Source: an uncultured Thermoplasmatales archaeon
GTDB taxonomy: Archaea > Thermoplasmatota > Thermoplasmata > Thermoplasmatales > GCA-001856825
Direction: 5' to 3'
NCBI GenBank assembly: GCA_964389625.1
Contig: CAYMEF010000002.1
Span: 1 to 61,659 of the forward strand
Length of the DNA: 61,659 bases
In this document: in pieces, positions 46,400 to 56,060 of the stretch
How the letters are laid out: each line of letters starts with the position of its first letter
How positions within the stretch are numbered: the first letter of the stretch is position 1
Translations under genes and position numbers: made by a program
The notes under the pieces: model-generated
Seen by the model: the letters and a program-made list of their open reading frames with translations, nothing else
Database searches by the model: none
Told to the model about the DNA's origin: nothing

Positions 46400-49147
46400 C
46401 TAAGTGTTGTACTGAAGCGCGTAGTAGATTACCAGATTAGCTCCCTCAACTGGATTTTCGGTGGCAGCGAGCGAGGAAGATTTGATGGATGAACTGAAGG
46501 CGAGAATGTTGACAGGTTCCATCGTTCCCACGTACAAGTAGAGGTTTATTGCAATTACGTCTGCCTTGTAGTAATCCAGAGATATCTGGCTGGTGTTGGT
46601 AGTCTCACCCGCAAGGTTCAGATAATTCCACATCTGGGACATCTGGGCCCATTGAGCCGGGTTTGTCGTATTGTTCCAGCCGGGTACACCATAAGAGAAG
46701 CCATCGGCATAGTCATCGTATCCAAACGGCCCTATCATCGGGCTCGCATACTGGCTCGTAGGAGAAAAGCCGACCCAGGTGTCGAACCAGAGAGGAAGTG
46801 GATTCTGTCCAGGGGGGACTGCGCTGTAGGAAAGCCACAGGTCATACGAAACATCCACGGGAAGAACAGTCACCTGTCCGTTCGTTGCGGCACTGATGTC
46901 CTCTGCCCAGATCGTGTCCATCTCATCATTCTCAGGATTCCCGGCAACGTTGAAAAGTGGGAAGTAGAGTTTCGTCCCACTCGCATAGTACGATGTCTGT
47001 TCCCAATAGTGCTTCGCCATGCTAAGATTGTATGTCTGTGGGTATTCGGCGGTGATGTTGGAAGGAACATCTTGTGATCCCGGTGGGAAGACACCAGAGA
47101 ATGGTATTGCATAACTTATTCCATCGGAGTAGTAAGACACGTTGGTAAGGTAGCTGATGTTGAATGCATATGCGAACGCCTTTCTCACGCTCAGATTCGC
47201 AAAGAAGTTGGAGGGAATGTTTGTCTGTGCATCGTAAATCTTGGCACCGGTCACGTTGACGTCCATGTTATAGGAATATGTGTAGAGTCCGAAAGCAGGG
47301 ACAGAAATGGTATTCAGAATGTGATTATTAACGTACTTCATAAGGGTCGAAGTTTGACTTACAGGGAAGGCGTTGGTTCCGAACTGCGCTTCGCCCGACT
47401 CAAGCTGTGCCTGGGCAGCCGATTCGCTCGTGAGGTATTCTATCTCAACTTCTGGGATAAGCTTGTTCTGTGGGAGCATCCCCTGAGTGGCTGCATAGTA
47501 TGGGTTTACCTTGAGTATTACCGACGTGGCAGGTTCGTATAGAGCCAAGTAGTACGGACCGGAGCCCATTGCATTATAGTGAATGTACTGATTCCAGTTT
47601 GAAACGAGGCCCGGACTTGTAGAGTTGTTTGCCCAGTATGCATAAGAAGCGCTGGTATTTTGTGGAGCAGCCCCATGCACTACCAGCCAGCTGTAATCCA
47701 TTACGTCAAAGACCGGATTCTCCCATAGTGCCAACAAGAACGATGAAGGAAGACCGTAGTTCGTTACAGGATACGACTGGTTTAGCATGCCGTAATTCAC
47801 TCCTGCATAAATTGCAGAAGAATTTGGAAGCCAAGTGAGGGCAGTCGGAAGCATGTGGAATGTGACGGAGTTGGTTGTGTTATCCCACGTTACTGCATGG
47901 TGTATCCAGTAGAAACTCTCGTTGAACGGACCCGATATTGAAGGAGCAGGCAGCAACCCGTACGCCAGGGTCCAGCCAGGAGTACCAGGATCATTTGCAA
48001 AGAGAAGACCCCTAGCGACGGAAATATAGACATCGTAGGCTGTTACTGGATCACCATTTGAAAACTTCAGAGAAGTGTTGATGTAGAACGTCCAGTTCAG
48101 CATGTTGGGGGTCACCTCTCCGTTAGCCACAGTTGGAATCTGCTTTGCCACTACTGGATTGAATTGAGTAGTCGAGGTCCCGTTCGTCGTTACAAGTGGC
48201 TGATATATTTCCTGGATTACTTCGTCGGAGGTGAAGTCGTACGCTATTGCGGGATCTAGTGTGTTGAGACCGCCTATCGAATATTCTGCGTTGACGACCA
48301 TGTTTTTGTTTATAGGAACACTAGGAACTACCTTCACAATAGAGTAATTTCCAACAGCTATAGTCTCCATGTATGAACCGTTGACTATGCTTCCATTGGA
48401 GGCGTCCTCACTCTGAGTGATCAGATTCACAACATGAAATCCTGTCGATGTAAATGTGAGGTTGACCGTTTCCGGAAGGTTGGTATTGTTATCTGCTATA
48501 GTTTGTGCGCCGCCGTCAATGCTCCATGTAAACGATTGGATAGTATATGCAGTGTTGGGTGTTTCTGTCCCTACAGTCAATGGGCTGGGAGCAGAGAGAC
48601 CTCCAAATGAAAGGTTCGCCCACCCATTCGGACCGATGGTCTGATTTCCGGTGGATGAAGCGTTGTCGTATACCGCTGATGATGCATCTATTACGATAGG
48701 TCCTTCTATCGCTGCAGGGTTGGCCGTAAGGGAGGGGTTTATGGTGACGGGCAAGAGTGAGGCATTGTTTGAAATCATCGACGTAGCGTTATACACGACC
48801 AGGGAAACTAGATAACTTCCAGGGACGGGATACGCATAGCTAACAACCCCGCTGCCATTAGTATCTGTGACTGTCTGTCCGTCTCCAAAATTCCAGACCA
48901 GTTTCTTGAAGCTGCTTCCTGATGGGAGCCCCGGACTAAACGTGATGGTTGAGCCGGCCAGTGCAGCTATGCTGGTTGTTGTGGGAGAGATCGAGAGTGG
49001 TGGAGAAGAGACAGCATGTTTGGGATGATTCTCCACGACCGCTACAAGTGCTCCGACGACAACAATCACAACGACCACCACTGCTATCCATTTTATTGCA
49101 GACGATTTCTTAACAGAAGGGGGCGGATTAGTAGTTGCTTGCGTCAT
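46400..49147 (-). CDS. ABC transporter substrate-binding protein, family 5 (peptide/nickel), with N-terminal TM anchor and PKD-like domain
   Basis: 'IKWIAVVVVVIVVVGALVAVV' anchor. 'WNFGDGQT...YAYPVPGSYLVSLVV' PKD-like domain. 'LNTLDPAIAYDFTSDEVIQEIYQPLV' and 'FSNGDPVTAYDVYISVARG' are family-5 blocks. 915 aa. Confidence 0.8.
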   Translation of the reverse strand: MTQATTNPPPSVKKSSAIKWIAVVVVVIVVVGALVAVVENHPKHAVSSPPLSISPTTTSIAALAGSTITFSPGLPSGSSFKKLVWNFGDGQTVTDTNGSGVVSYAYPVPGSYLVSLVVYNATSMISNNASLLPVTINPSLTANPAAIEGPIVIDASSAVYDNASSTGNQTIGPNGWANLSFGGLSAPSPLTVGTETPNTAYTIQSFTWSIDGGAQTIADNNTNLPETVNLTFTSTGFHVVNLITQSEDASNGSIVNGSYMETIAVGNYSIVKVVPSVPINKNMVVNAEYSIGGLNTLDPAIAYDFTSDEVIQEIYQPLVTTNGTSTTQFNPVVAKQIPTVANGEVTPNMLNWTFYINTSLKFSNGDPVTAYDVYISVARGLLFANDPGTPGWTLAYGLLPAPSISGPFNESFYWIHHAVTWDNTTNSVTFHMLPTALTWLPNSSAIYAGVNYGMLNQSYPVTNYGLPSSFLLALWENPVFDVMDYSWLVVHGAAPQNTSASYAYWANNSTSPGLVSNWNQYIHYNAMGSGPYYLALYEPATSVILKVNPYYAATQGMLPQNKLIPEVEIEYLTSESAAQAQLESGEAQFGTNAFPVSQTSTLMKYVNNHILNTISVPAFGLYTYSYNMDVNVTGAKIYDAQTNIPSNFFANLSVRKAFAYAFNISYLTNVSYYSDGISYAIPFSGVFPPGSQDVPSNITAEYPQTYNLSMAKHYWEQTSYYASGTKLYFPLFNVAGNPENDEMDTIWAEDISAATNGQVTVLPVDVSYDLWLSYSAVPPGQNPLPLWFDTWVGFSPTSQYASPMIGPFGYDDYADGFSYGVPGWNNTTNPAQWAQMSQMWNYLNLAGETTNTSQISLDYYKADVIAINLYLYVGTMEPVNILAFSSSIKSSSLAATENPVEGANLVIYYALQYNT

Positions 49148-49486
49148 AAAATTACCATTTGTTTACCTCAAATGGGTATATTAACAATTTGGTAAACGGT
49201 TTTCAGAAAGACCCTGCGGATTTACTATAGTGAACCATTGGGAATGCTCCGCACGCTCAAGACGCGTTAGAGCCGAAATGATTCAAGTACTCTCGATTGA
49301 GCTATTTCGAGTGCCACCGAAGTCCAGGTTCCGTTTCCAGAACATCCGGGACTCGGACCCCTAGACCTCGTCTTTATTCTCGAGGCATCTGCCATTCGGT
49401 TGGCCATGTCTCGAATCCCTCCAAACGAGATGAATGAGGTAGGACAGCAAACGTTTTAAAGAAACGGAGATACGAAGAAGATTACG

Positions 49487-50548
49487 ATGAAGATTAGGGA
49501 GTTTTGTTCTGATCTGATGGGTGGAGTAACCGGAATGTACAATGCAATCACAGATGTTAAGGGAGTCTTGGTTGGTCACAGCCAGGTGTGGATCGATGTC
49601 CCCTTCGTTCAGAGGACTGGCGCAACGGTTGTCCTACCGCATCAGGGAAACGTTTTTTTGGAGGGAGTTTTTGCTCATACAGCGGTTCTGAACGGGTTCG
49701 GAATCCTGACCGGGCGCGATTCCATTAATGAGCTTGGATTGATGGCATCACCAATAGTACTCACCAATACCCGCAGCGTGGGAACTGGATACGAGGCAGT
49801 TATGAGGCACTTTCTTGAGAGGTCTGATAAGGACTTTGACCTGCCTCTGCCCGTAGTCGGCGAGTGTGACGACAGCTATCTGAATGACAACCAGGGGCCT
49901 CCGGTCCCGCTCGAATCGTTTGATAAGGCAATCAAATCGGCTACATCAGGTGCGGTGGAGGAGGGTGGAGTGGGAGCTGGAACCGGGATGGAACTTTTTG
50001 AATTCAAGGGGGGGATTGGTACATCTTCGCGCATCATCGAAGTCGAGGGTGAGAAGTATACTGTAGGAGTCTTGGTAAACTCCAATTATGGTAGAAGGGA
50101 CCAGCTGTCCGTTTTGGGCAGGAGATTCCCGGCTGCGGAACGGTCGAAAGCGGTGCAGGATGGTTCCTGTATTGGTGTTCTGGCTACCGATGCCCCTGTA
50201 TCGCCCGAACTGCTCAGGCGCCTCTGTAAGAGGATGGGATTAGGGCTTGCAAGAACGGGTTCAGTTGGAAACAACTCCAGCGGCGAGATATTCCTTGCAT
50301 TCTCTACCGCAAGCAGGATTATGATGGACCCGAAGTCGATAGATTCCGGTAGACTCAAGGAGTCGGACTATGATTTATCAAGTCACGATTACCTCTCCGG
50401 TAGGGCAATAAATAGTCTCTTTGAGGCAGCAGTATACGCAACTGAGGAGGCAGCCCTCAACTCGCTATTTCAGGGAAAGACCACTAGTGGCTATGACGGG
50501 CACGTACTCGAAGGCTTCCCCGCGGAAAGGTTTAGGGAGTTGATGTGA
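49487..50548 (+). CDS. DmpA/P1 (S58) family aminopeptidase
   Basis: 'ITDVKGVLVGH', 'TGATVVL', 'GGVGAGTGM', and the autoprocessing-site-like 'FKGGIGTSS'. Confidence 0.8.
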   Translation: MKIREFCSDLMGGVTGMYNAITDVKGVLVGHSQVWIDVPFVQRTGATVVLPHQGNVFLEGVFAHTAVLNGFGILTGRDSINELGLMASPIVLTNTRSVGTGYEAVMRHFLERSDKDFDLPLPVVGECDDSYLNDNQGPPVPLESFDKAIKSATSGAVEEGGVGAGTGMELFEFKGGIGTSSRIIEVEGEKYTVGVLVNSNYGRRDQLSVLGRRFPAAERSKAVQDGSCIGVLATDAPVSPELLRRLCKRMGLGLARTGSVGNNSSGEIFLAFSTASRIMMDPKSIDSGRLKESDYDLSSHDYLSGRAINSLFEAAVYATEEAALNSLFQGKTTSGYDGHVLEGFPAERFRELM

Positions 50549-50790
50549 TTATTTCGCCACTCTTCTCGGTTTCAGCTACCTTCGAAATCTAAGATTGAGA
50601 ATTTCACGGGGAGAGATTGCTTATCAAATTCGCACGATAATCATCAATACGGAAAATACGGGCGGGAGAATTGGCCGGATAAAGAATTTTTCAGAGAGTG
50701 GACATTTCTAGGTCTGAAATTCATCGAGCATCATGATGGCCGCCCCGCTCAAATTCCTCCTCAGCTGATGGTGCCAGAGACCTCCCTGTA

Positions 50791-52011
50791 CTATTCTTTC
50801 TTGTTCCTGAATTCCCTGGTTGCGTCCCTGAGGATGTTCCTGTTTCTCACGATCCTGTCCACTGCATTAACCGATGCCTTTATGGATAGGAGGAGTTCGT
50901 TCACTGCAATTCTAGGGTCTGCTGCCGCTCTTGACCCTTCTGAGTGGAGGGCAAGACCCGGTTTCCCTATCTTCAAGTTTATGTGACCCGTTGGAACTGC
51001 CTTACTTATGTTTGCCTCGTCCGTGCTGACAGATGGCGTGCTGTTGTCTTTGTCTTGATTCGTAGCCGTGACTCCGAAACTCTTCAAAGAATCCTCAAGC
51101 ACCTGATCTATCACGGTGTTGGCCCTGTAATTCTCATAGATCGGTTGAATCCTTTTAATTTCTAGGGTGGTTCCGTACGCGCGCGACACGCCCTCCAGGA
51201 CCTTCAATACCTTTCTCTCAAGTATTTTCAGAAATTCTCCTGTTACCGTCTTGAGCTCCATCTCAAGAACTGCCCTGTCCGTTACAATGCTTGTGACAGT
51301 TCCTCCCTCCCTAATTACCATCTCTATTATTGCCAGCCTATCGTTCTTTATCCAGCTTCTCAGATTGTTGATCGCAACGTAGGAAGTAACCAGTGCATCT
51401 AAAGCATTTACCCCCTTTTCCGGTGAGTAGGCCATGTGAGCCGTCTTCCCCTTGAATATCGCCTGGAAGAGAACATCTGACAGAGATTTCCACCCCACGC
51501 TCCACGAGTCCATCGCATGAATTCCGAGGGCGAAATCGATACCCCTGAGGGCCCCCTTTTCAACAAACGTTGCCTTGCTCCCTGCGTAGATACCTATCCC
51601 CTCCTCAGATGGTGTTCCCAGCACAACCACCCTTCCTTTCTTTAGTACTCTCGATAGTACTATTGCCGTGCCGTACGCCCATCCCGATATCAAATTGTGA
51701 CCGCAAGAGTGACCGTTTGGGAGGGCATCATACTCCGCCAGTAAACCCACAGTTGGTTCTCCCATCCCAAATTCCGCCCTGAATGCCGTCTCAATTCCGA
51801 GATAAGGGTAAGTTGTCTTGAAGCCGTATCTCTTCAATGAGTTTACGAGAAGCGCAGAAGATTTTCTCTCTTCACTTCCGATCTCTGCCAGACGGTAGAT
51901 CTCATTTGACACGTTGAAAATTTCCTCTCTAGATGACTCTACGATCGACTCGATGCGTGATAAGTCTCTCACTTCTTCAAATTCACGTGCTCTACAAATA
52001 TTTTGCTTCAT
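50791..52011 (-). CDS. M20 family amidohydrolase/peptidase (paralog of 44467..45702)
   Basis: 'EYDALPNGHSCGHNL', 'GTPSEEGIGIYAGSK', 'TAHMAYSPEKG'. Confidence 0.8.
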   Translation of the reverse strand: MKQNICRAREFEEVRDLSRIESIVESSREEIFNVSNEIYRLAEIGSEERKSSALLVNSLKRYGFKTTYPYLGIETAFRAEFGMGEPTVGLLAEYDALPNGHSCGHNLISGWAYGTAIVLSRVLKKGRVVVLGTPSEEGIGIYAGSKATFVEKGALRGIDFALGIHAMDSWSVGWKSLSDVLFQAIFKGKTAHMAYSPEKGVNALDALVTSYVAINNLRSWIKNDRLAIIEMVIREGGTVTSIVTDRAVLEMELKTVTGEFLKILERKVLKVLEGVSRAYGTTLEIKRIQPIYENYRANTVIDQVLEDSLKSFGVTATNQDKDNSTPSVSTDEANISKAVPTGHINLKIGKPGLALHSEGSRAAADPRIAVNELLLSIKASVNAVDRIVRNRNILRDATREFRNKKE

Positions 52012-52542
52012 TGGCTTTTCAGTATAGATATTGATCTTGCTGTAATACGGTCACACGGCAACACTTATCAAATCACGACTCTCAAGCAGACTTATAGAGA
52101 TCACTGAAGGAAAGTCACATCGCGCGACTTGAAGGTACATGACATGAAGGAGGATCTGCCAACCCTGTCAACCCAAAATTACGGTTCTCCATCCCGTAGT
52201 ACTGAATATCAGTAACGGCTGGCGCAGACGAGCCCCGATTTATGGAGAATCTTGAAAAAGATTTCGTATGCACTTATGAAGTGCTCAGGCTCGTCCAAGC
52301 AACGGTATCGGATTTCTGACGAGCTCGAGGCGTCTTCCAACGATCTGGAGACCCTGTTAGAAATCCGAGTTTGGAAAGAACCAATTGGGTCCAACTGCAA
52401 TGATGAAGCCTTCTTAGGAAACCGCAAATTTCCGGCACACGGAAATGTGCAAGAGAATAATGGGTTGACCAAGGGATCGACCGCTCAAAACACACCTCAG
52501 CGCTCAATGACCTCTTAGGAAAGATAATTGGCGACAGATCTC

Positions 52543-52862
52543 CTCGTAAGTAAAGATGACACCCAACGAAATGATCATCCTTTGTCTCTGTCAGCTCTGG
52601 TTCTTTAATCTTGCAGATATCCATTGCGAACACAGACCTGTCTTGGAACTTGTATCCGAAGTAATCGGAACCCGATGTCATAATGCTTCCTCAAATCTGA
52701 ACCCCTTCCCACCTTGCCGAGTTTTGGAACCACGTGAATGAGCGCCTCGGTGTAAGGATAGAGGGGATTCGTCACCAACTCCTCTCCGTCGGCTTTCTCT
52801 ACGATTTCTCTAAGATACAGGACATTGACCCTCTTACTGAGGTAATAGGAAATTGATATTCC
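52543..52862 (-). pseudogene. C-terminal remnant of an Opp/Dpp-type ABC ATPase gene (frameshifted, 5'-truncated)
   Basis: 'RVNVLYLREIVEKADGEELVTNPLYPYTEALIHVVP' (compare '[36 protein letters not shown]'). In another frame '...DICKIKEPELTETKDDHFVGCHLY' (compare 'EICSLKEPALEEIRQGHKVACHF'). Confidence 0.5.
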
Positions 52863-52895
52863 ATGTAGAATGCCTTCTATGCGAAGTGGAGGAAT

Positions 52896-53336
52896 GTGGC
52901 CGGAGAGGACAAACCCCGTTTCTTCTTCCACGACATAACGAGAATGAGGTGGAACGGTGATGAGACGTACTGTGCCGAGAGAGGACACGGACCGGCTGTG
53001 GGGAGACCTCACACTGCATTCGGCCTTCTCGTCTCGAGTGAGCACTACTTCCTGGTTGCAGGGTATCCTATAAGGGGATCAAAACCGGGCAGGACTACGG
53101 TCAGTGAGACGGTTGACAACACGAGAAGATTCAAGCTCCGTGGCGTAACGTTCGTATGGGACAGAGGACTAGTTTCGAGGGAGAATGTGGACTATGCACT
53201 CCCCTATGACTTTCACGTCCTATCCGGAGGTCCTCACACTTCTAACGAGGTGGAGAATATCATATCGATGTTCCGGGATAACGAGATAGAGAGGAGGGAG
53301 AAATACTGGAACTATCCAATCATGTTGTCTATATGA
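52896..53336 (+). mobile_element. internal fragment of an IS1634/IS4-like DDE transposase gene
   Basis: 'FFFHDITRMRWNG...AERGHG...FGLLVSSEHYFLVAGYPIRGSKPGRTTVSETVDN..RFKLRGVTFVWDRGLVSRENV' follows the IS1634-type pattern (...DvT..yf.G...g.sKd...gLlv...g.Pi....pGN..D..Tl......rf....v.lV.DRGm.S..N). No ends or full-length ORF. Confidence 0.45.
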
Positions 53337-53358
53337 CTACCAAGTTCCATCCATTTGC

Positions 53359-54105
53359 TTGACGTCGCTCATAGAAGGTTTAAATACGGCAAAGAGGATG
53401 AGTTTTTCGATGCAGCTGTCCAACCTTAGGGTGAAAGTTTATCATGAAAACTGCTGGACCTCAGAACTCAATAACATGTTTCCCGAGGGAAATCTGGTCG
53501 TCCCCTACTCCAGAAAGATAACCGATGGGGTGACGACCACGTATACCCTCGCAAAGACTTCGAAGGTTCAAGCGAAGGACATCGTCCACTCCGGAAGATT
53601 TTCTAGATTCTACCCGAGGATAGTAGGCGAGTTAGGGAACGGCGGTCACAACCAGATGTTCCTGTTGTCTTTTCAATTCAGATCCCACAACAGCATTTAC
53701 AGGGGAATAAAGGAGATCGAAGAGATGATCCCGGTCCATGTCACATACGAAAACGAGTACGAGATTTGGAACTTTCTGATACCTGTGGGCGGACCAAAGA
53801 ACTACAAGAAATTGATAATTGATGAGCTGCAACAGGCTGCTGAGGTCGAGGAATATACTATGGAGGATGGATATGGATTGCTGAAGGGCAATATTGACAG
53901 TTACCTAGGACTCTTCTTCTCTCCGAGCATGATGCTCATGCTTCAGCAACTTATGAAGATAGGTTACTTCGACTTTCCGAGAAAAGTGTCGATCGACGGT
54001 GCGGCAAAGCAGCTCGGAATATCCAAGGGGTTCATATCAAAGTTATCTAGAAAGATGTTCGACGTACTCAGGCCCGGGATCTCGGACCAAAGAAAAAACG
54101 TTTAG
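53359..54105 (+). CDS. HTH_10 (bacterio-opsin-activator-type HTH) family transcriptional regulator
   Basis: The N-terminus 'LRVKVYHENCWTS' and the C-terminus 'GYFDFPRKVSIDGAAKQLGISKGFISKLSRK' are characteristic. The start may be the internal ATG at 'MSFSMQL'. Confidence 0.7.
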   Translation: MTSLIEGLNTAKRMSFSMQLSNLRVKVYHENCWTSELNNMFPEGNLVVPYSRKITDGVTTTYTLAKTSKVQAKDIVHSGRFSRFYPRIVGELGNGGHNQMFLLSFQFRSHNSIYRGIKEIEEMIPVHVTYENEYEIWNFLIPVGGPKNYKKLIIDELQQAAEVEEYTMEDGYGLLKGNIDSYLGLFFSPSMMLMLQQLMKIGYFDFPRKVSIDGAAKQLGISKGFISKLSRKMFDVLRPGISDQRKNV

Positions 54106-54121
54106 GGCCGATCAGAGAGGA

Positions 54122-55303
54122 CTAAACCCTTTCTATAATCGTTGAATAGCCCTGCCCGCCTCCGACGCAGAGCGTCGATATCCCTCTCTCCTTTCCATTC
54201 TCCTTGAGCGATCTGGATAGTGTGCCAACGAGCCTTGCCCCTGAGGCCCCGAGCGGGTGACCGATGGCTATGGCCCCTCCATTCGTATTCACTTTTGAAC
54301 CGTCTAGTCCCAACTCCCTGATGGCATTCAAGACGACCACCGCAAACGCCTCGTTGATTTCCCACAGATCAACATCATCCACCCCTAGCCCTCTCCTGTC
54401 TAGTGCTTTCCTCGATGCGGGGATCGGCCCCAGCCCCATCATATAGGGGGGAACTCCTGCCCATCCAAACCCTGTGATCTTGGAGAGGGGGGAGAAACCG
54501 TACTCCCTCATCTTCCTTCCCGAGACAAGGACGACCAGTGACGTCCCTGCGTTGAGGGGTGATGAGTTTCCCGCCGTTATGAGGCCGTTCTCCTTGAAGA
54601 CGGGCGGCAGTGCGGCTAATTGCTCATAAGATGTGTTACCCCTTATGCTCTGGTCCCTATCAACCACTACCTTGCCTTCAGCGGATTCCACCTCTATTGG
54701 AAGAATCTCGTCCTTAAACCAGCCGCGCTCTGTTGCACCGAATGCCCTCCTGTGACTTTCCAGAGAGAACCTGTCCATCTCTTCCCTTGTGATTCCATTC
54801 GTTCCAGCGAGATTTTCCGCTGTGAGCCCCATATTGTATGCCTCTTTCATCCTGTATTCTGAGTACCTCGGGTCCTCTATGAGAGGGGTGCAGAGCTTGT
54901 TTGAAAGGCGCGGAATATGCGTCATGTGCTCAAATCCGCCAGCGAAGACTATGTCGCTGTTTCCGCTCACGATCTCCATCGCGCCTATGGAGATTGAATT
55001 CATGGAGGAGGCACAAGCCCTGTCCACGGACATAGATGGAACTTCATACGGGAGGCCCGCAAGAAAGACAGGATGCCTCCCCCCGTACGTCCAGTTTTCG
55101 TCCCTCTGGTAGGCACATCCGGTAATAACGTCATCCACTTCTGCTGGTCTGATCCCGGTTCTTTCCACTGCGTCCCTTATGAGCCTAGAATACGCAACGT
55201 CCATCCTTATTTGGTTAAATACGTCCCTCGTGGGTTCGTTTGGTCTTGACCGCGAAAAGGCGGTTCTCTTGTAGTAAACAACATACACCTCGTTATCGCT
55301 CAC
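54122..55303 (-). CDS. thiolase (acetyl-CoA C-acetyl/acyltransferase)
   Basis: 'VDRACASSMNSI' (active Cys), 'NTNGGAIAIGHPLGASGARL', 'LCVGGGQGY'. The likely start is GTG 55303, preceded by 'ggaggtga'. The ORF is open to 55348. Confidence 0.9.
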   Translation of the reverse strand: MSDNEVYVVYYKRTAFSRSRPNEPTRDVFNQIRMDVAYSRLIRDAVERTGIRPAEVDDVITGCAYQRDENWTYGGRHPVFLAGLPYEVPSMSVDRACASSMNSISIGAMEIVSGNSDIVFAGGFEHMTHIPRLSNKLCTPLIEDPRYSEYRMKEAYNMGLTAENLAGTNGITREEMDRFSLESHRRAFGATERGWFKDEILPIEVESAEGKVVVDRDQSIRGNTSYEQLAALPPVFKENGLITAGNSSPLNAGTSLVVLVSGRKMREYGFSPLSKITGFGWAGVPPYMMGLGPIPASRKALDRRGLGVDDVDLWEINEAFAVVVLNAIRELGLDGSKVNTNGGAIAIGHPLGASGARLVGTLSRSLKENGKERGISTLCVGGGQGYSTIIERV

Positions 55304-55307
55304 TTCA

Positions 55308-56060
55308 TCACCTCCCCTGGGTTCCCCCCTTGGGGTCCATGGATTCAAGAATCTCTATCTCCCTCTCGGTCGGGTCTTCCAGCACCCTTACATCGTTCGG
55401 GTAAACGATATTGAGTTTCTCGGCAAGCCTGCGGAGCTCCGAAGTATCGGTGTCTTGGTAGATCGATGCGATCTCAGGTCTCCCTCCGTTCCTTGCCCTG
55501 ATGACGCACTTGTCTGTTATGATTACCTCATCCCTGACGGTCCTCGAATCCTCCCCCACTGTTTTTTGCATTGAACTCGTAACAAAATCCACCCGGTCCC
55601 TGAACTTGGCCTCGGAGAGCTCAATCAGCACCACACTCTTGTTTGCGTAATAAAGAATCTCGCAAGCTCCTCCGCTTCCTGGAAGCCTGACTTTCGGACT
55701 GTAGTAGTCGCCTATCACCGTTGTGTTGATGTGCCCGCTCGAATCTATCTGTGCCGCACCCAGGTAACCCACGTTTATCCTCCCACCCGAGATGAGGTAG
55801 GAGAAGACGTCAAACAGTGAGTAGAGCGCAGAGACGTTTTCTGACAGAGAGGGATCGCCTATCGATAGCGGCTGCCTGTCTGGGGCACAGTCTATAGACC
55901 CTGACTCGTAGACAAGTACCAACCTGGGGGAGTAGATTTTTTTTGCGAAATTTGCGGCGATGTTTGGCAGTCCGACCCCTACCAGTACCACATCGTTGTC
56001 CTTTATCTCCTTGGCAGCTTGGAGTGCCATCCGCATCCTGTTTTCCATTCTATCCCACAC
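55308..56060 (-). CDS. CoA-transferase subunit B (3-oxoacid/glutaconate CoA-transferase family)
   Basis: 'VLVGVGLPNIAANF', 'LVYESGS' (catalytic Glu region), 'GAAQIDSSGHIN'. Confidence 0.8.
   Translation of the reverse strand: MWDRMENRMRMALQAAKEIKDNDVVLVGVGLPNIAANFAKKIYSPRLVLVYESGSIDCAPDRQPLSIGDPSLSENVSALYSLFDVFSYLISGGRINVGYLGAAQIDSSGHINTTVIGDYYSPKVRLPGSGGACEILYYANKSVVLIELSEAKFRDRVDFVTSSMQKTVGEDSRTVRDEVIITDKCVIRARNGGRPEIASIYQDTDTSELRRLAEKLNIVYPNDVRVLEDPTEREIEILESMDPKGGTQGR

Noticed and set aside
52209-52518. Overlapping 87-88-aa ORFs on both strands downstream of the M20 gene.
   Set aside because: They are mutually exclusive and motif-free, and they lie in a region that otherwise consists of gene debris.
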